Of a stretch of 10,590 nucleotides of DNA, positions 7,947 through 10,590 are shown piece by piece. The DNA lies in the NCBI GenBank assembly GCA_034440375.1, contig JAWXBZ010000220.1, positions 1-10,590 of the forward strand, given 5' to 3'. The translations under genes and the position numbers were made by a program. The notes under the pieces are model-generated. The model was not told where the DNA came from, ran no database searches, and saw nothing but the letters and a program-made list of their open reading frames with translations. The DNA comes from Candidatus Eiseniibacteriota bacterium. GTDB lineage: Bacteria; Eisenbacteria; RBG-16-71-46; JABDJR01; JAWXBZ01. Numbering within the stretch: position 1 is the first letter of the stretch; each line of letters opens with the position of its first letter.

Positions 7947-7955
7947 AATGTAACA
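7947..7955 (-). promoter_or_regulatory. Candidate extended -10 promoter (TG-T-TACATT) for rsmH
   Basis: The minus strand reads TGTTACATT about 54 nt upstream of the rsmH ATG, in an AT-richer patch. No clear -35 box. Confidence 0.35.
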
Positions 7956-8017
7956 TGGCCGGGGAAGCCCACTTTCAGCTAATCTGGTAGTGGTGTGGGA
8001 ACCCCTCCCCGGCCATG
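7954..8017. repeat. Intergenic inverted repeat / long imperfect hairpin
   Basis: CATGGCCGGGGA (7954-7965) and TCCCCGGCCATG (8006-8017) are perfect 12-bp reverse complements. CCCAC (7968-7972) and GTGGG (7995-7999) form an inner stem. Confidence 0.75.
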
Positions 8018-8139
8018 AGGAATCGCCGGCGCGCTGCGGCGCCGGAATTGGACCGACAACCGAACGCTCAACGATTTCCGAGGGGACCCCATGACCACCC
8101 CCGTCCGCAGCCCTGATCCTGACTGTTGCCCTGGCCATT

Positions 8140-10443
8140 GTGGCCGGTTGGCAGGCCGAAGTTGTTCCGCAGAGGCTCCGTACCTCCGGCGCCCGCCAGT
8201 CCCTTGACGCCTGGTCGCGGGCCCGGGCCTGGCCCGACTCATTCATTCCCGACGACGCGCACTTTCGGGGTGTCCAGGAAGCCGAGGCGATGCTCCCCGT
8301 TTCGAGCGCCGGCCTTGGCACTCCGGGTGACGTTGCGCCGGCATCGCATGGCAGCGGGCCGAAATGGCGCTCGCTGGGACCGCTCAACATCGGCGGCCGT
8401 ACGCTCTGTCTGACCATCAACCCGCAGAATCCAATGACCGTCTACGCCGGTTCGGCCGGAGGTGGACTCTGGGTCAGCCGGACCGGTGGCATCGGCGTCG
8501 ATGCCTGGCGACGCGTCGTGACCGGTTTGCCCGTGACATCGGCCAGCTGTCTCGCCATCGCGCCAAACGACACCAGCGTGATGTATCTCGGTACCGGTGA
8601 GGTTTACGCCTGGCAGAACGCGCTGGGCGGACTCGTCGGCCGGGGCACCCGCGGCAGTTACGGGTTCGGCATACTGAAATCGATCGATGCGGGTCAACCA
8701 TGGTCGATGAGCCTTGACTGGAGCCGCGATCAGAGGCGTGGCGTCTGGTCGATTCGCATCGATCCGGAAGAGCCGAATCGCGTCTGGGCGGCCACGACGG
8801 AGGGGATCTATCGTTCCACCGATGCGGGCGCCACCTGGACCCTTTCGCTCAATGTGGTCATGGGCACGGACATCGAACTGGATGTCCAGAACCCCGACAC
8901 GGCTTATGCCGCCTGCGGCAACTTCAACAGCCCGGGTTACGGCCTCTACCGGACATTCAATGGCGGGTCCAACTGGACCAGGCTGGCCGGCGGGCTTCCG
9001 GCGGTGTACGGCGGCAAGGCCCAGATTGTTCTCTCCTCCCAGTTCACGAACGTGATCTACGCCGGCATCGGTGGCACGGGCGTACCGCCGAGCGGCAGCA
9101 TGATTCTGCGTTCCTTCGACCATGGGACCACCTGGACCCAGCGGTCCACCCTCGTTGATTACTCGTCGTACCAGTACTGGTACTCGCATGACATCGCCAT
9201 TCAACCGAATAATTACGAGAATGTATGGGTCTGCGGCATCGACATCTGGAAGTCGATGACAAGCGGTATGTCGCCGACCCGCGTTTCCGACTGGCAGCTG
9301 GCGTATGCGGGCGTCGTGCCGATCGGCGGCCCCGAAGGGCCGGCCGCCTACGTGCACGCCGACATTCACGCCATTACTTTTCATCCGACCGTGATGAGCA
9401 CCGTCTACTTCGCCACCGATGGCGGGGTTTTTCGCACCATCAACGGCGGCGCGTCCTACGAGTCGTGCAACGGCGGATATGCCACATCACAGTTTTACCC
9501 CGGATTTGCCGTGGCGGCTGCTGACACCGTGCCGGCACTCGGCGGCATGCAGGACAATTTTTCGGCCATCTACGAGGGGGGACCGGCCTGGAATCGGGTC
9601 ATCGGCGGCGACGGCTGCTGGGCCGCCATCGATCACACTAATTCGTTCAACATGTGGGGCTCGTACCAGCTACTCAGCATCCACCGTTCGTTCGACAGGG
9701 GAGCCAACTGGTCCGCGGTAATACCACCCGGTGCCGGATCGACCACCGCCTTCGTGGCCCCTTTTGTGCTGTCATCTCTTTCCTCGACCCCCCTGTACGC
9801 CGGCCGGGCCATCGGCTACCGCGCCACCAACGGTGGCACGAACTGGGTGGCCGGCGGTGCCATTGCCGGCCGCGCGACGATAGCCATGTCGGCCTCGGCC
9901 ACGCTGCCCGGCCGAATTATCGTCGGATGCGAGCCGGATGCCGGGGGCAACGCGGTCTGGCTGTCGGACAACGAAGGGATCAGCTGGACAAACATCTCGG
10001 CCGGCCTTCCGAACCGGTATCCGCTGGATGTAGTCGTTGACCCGCTCCACCCGCAGCACCTGTTTGTCGGGAACGATCTCGGGGTTTTCGCCTCTCCCGA
10101 CGGGGGGGGCACGTGGGGATCGTTCCGTGAGGGATTGCCGGAGGCGCTGCTTGTTTGCGATCTGGTCGTGACTCCGGGCCTCGTCGCCTGGCCGAACCCC
10201 TTCGCTCTGCGAATCCAGATTCGAATGGCGGACGGCACGCCGCGGCATGGCGACGGGGCAATTGTCATCCTGAATGCCGCCGGCCGGCTTGTTCGGCACC
10301 TGGCCGTGACGGACATTACGAGTTCGACCACCTGGGACGGGACCGACGATGCCGGTCGATCGGTGTCGGATGGAGTCTACTGGGCCCGGATTCAGGGTGA
10401 GAACAACAAGGGGGAGTCAGTTCGTCTGGTTCGGCGACGCTGA
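8140..10443 (+). CDS. BNR/Asp-box repeat beta-propeller (VPS10/sortilin/GH74-like) with C-terminal FlgD-Ig/T9SS-CTD-like domain; the true start is probably ATG 8091, separated by a frameshift (possible pseudogene)
   Basis: N-terminal WRSLGPLNIGGRTLCL. About ten Asp-box-like motifs (SIDAGQPW, STDAGATW, TFNGGSNW, SFDHGTTW, TINGGASY, SFDRGANW, ATNGGTNW, SDNEGISW, SPDGGGTW), plus HADIHAI and GGMQDN..GGDG. C-terminus WPNPF..ILNAAGRLVRHL..WDGTDDAGRSVSDGVYWARI. Confidence 0.85.
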   Translation: MAGWQAEVVPQRLRTSGARQSLDAWSRARAWPDSFIPDDAHFRGVQEAEAMLPVSSAGLGTPGDVAPASHGSGPKWRSLGPLNIGGRTLCLTINPQNPMTVYAGSAGGGLWVSRTGGIGVDAWRRVVTGLPVTSASCLAIAPNDTSVMYLGTGEVYAWQNALGGLVGRGTRGSYGFGILKSIDAGQPWSMSLDWSRDQRRGVWSIRIDPEEPNRVWAATTEGIYRSTDAGATWTLSLNVVMGTDIELDVQNPDTAYAACGNFNSPGYGLYRTFNGGSNWTRLAGGLPAVYGGKAQIVLSSQFTNVIYAGIGGTGVPPSGSMILRSFDHGTTWTQRSTLVDYSSYQYWYSHDIAIQPNNYENVWVCGIDIWKSMTSGMSPTRVSDWQLAYAGVVPIGGPEGPAAYVHADIHAITFHPTVMSTVYFATDGGVFRTINGGASYESCNGGYATSQFYPGFAVAAADTVPALGGMQDNFSAIYEGGPAWNRVIGGDGCWAAIDHTNSFNMWGSYQLLSIHRSFDRGANWSAVIPPGAGSTTAFVAPFVLSSLSSTPLYAGRAIGYRATNGGTNWVAGGAIAGRATIAMSASATLPGRIIVGCEPDAGGNAVWLSDNEGISWTNISAGLPNRYPLDVVVDPLHPQHLFVGNDLGVFASPDGGGTWGSFREGLPEALLVCDLVVTPGLVAWPNPFALRIQIRMADGTPRHGDGAIVILNAAGRLVRHLAVTDITSSTTWDGTDDAGRSVSDGVYWARIQGENNKGESVRLVRRR

Positions 10444-10452
10444 ACGCGGGGG

Positions 10453-10525
10453 GAGACTTCGGGGGGGCCGGACGCCGCAAGAGGTTATCATCGTTGCGGA
10501 GGGCGTCCGGCCCTCCTTAGGTCTC
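10453..10525 (+). repeat. Long GC-rich stem-loop downstream of the BNR gene (3' stabiliser, atypical terminator or REP-like element)
   Basis: GGGCCGGACGCC (10465-10476) pairs perfectly with GGCGTCCGGCCC (10502-10513). The stem extends out to GAGAC/GTCTC, giving 24 positions with three G-U pairs and one mismatch. There is an inner GCAA/TTGC stem and no U-tract. Confidence 0.7.
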
Positions 10526-10590
10526 AGGTATGGGGGTAGGGCAGTAAACTCCGGACCGGGCCGACTCATTGGATCTGGCCGCGTGACCTC

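Noticed and set aside
7894-7956. Longer RsmH start at 7956
   Set aside because: The AGGAGG RBS points to ATG 7893, and the upstream ATG overlaps the candidate -10 element and the hairpin.
431-9384. Long antisense ORFs (431-1384, 1654-2511, 4096-5217, 5226-6206, 8239-9384) and many Arg/Pro-rich alternative-frame ORFs
   Set aside because: They lie over well-supported genes and have no recognisable motifs. Such shadow ORFs are expected from codon bias in high-GC DNA.
10441-10539. UGA followed by a hairpin as a selenocysteine (SECIS) or readthrough signal
   Set aside because: The protein ends naturally at the close of its C-terminal domain, the readthrough peptide is short and featureless, and there is no redox-motif context.
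10444-10590. SRP RNA, 6S RNA or tRNA in the 3' intergenic region
   Set aside because: No SRP CAGG..GGAA..AGCAG motif, no tRNA T-loop or cloverleaf, and the hairpin is much shorter than 6S RNA.
123-10590. GAGGTCAC (123-130) and GTGACCTC (10583-10590) as terminal inverted repeats of a mobile element
   Set aside because: Only 8 bp match, there is no transposase or integrase, and the cargo is housekeeping-like, so this is probably chance.

Overview
GC-rich bacterial window with eight protein-coding genes and no recognisable RNA gene, CRISPR array or mobile element. On the + strand, a tightly packed run (140-6785) encodes two paralogous ATP-grasp ligases, a VOC/glyoxalase-family protein, an MmcQ/YjbR-family protein, the glycogen branching enzyme GlgB and an exported SMP-30/gluconolactonase-type beta-propeller. 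A stand-alone, N-terminally extended RsmH converges on this run from the - strand. Divergent from rsmH is a large BNR/Asp-box beta-propeller gene with a FlgD-Ig-like C-terminal domain, a domain type I associate with Eisenbacteria/Krumholzibacteriota/Latescibacterota-like lineages (inference only). This gene is cut off from its likely start codon and signal peptide by one extra base in a C5 run, and long hairpins lie on both sides of it. The best candidate for an undescribed system is the translationally coupled pair of atypical ATP-grasp ligases next to glgB; both lack the Asn of the E-x-N-x-R motif. They may modify or regulate alpha-glucan metabolism, but this is a hypothesis from gene context only.
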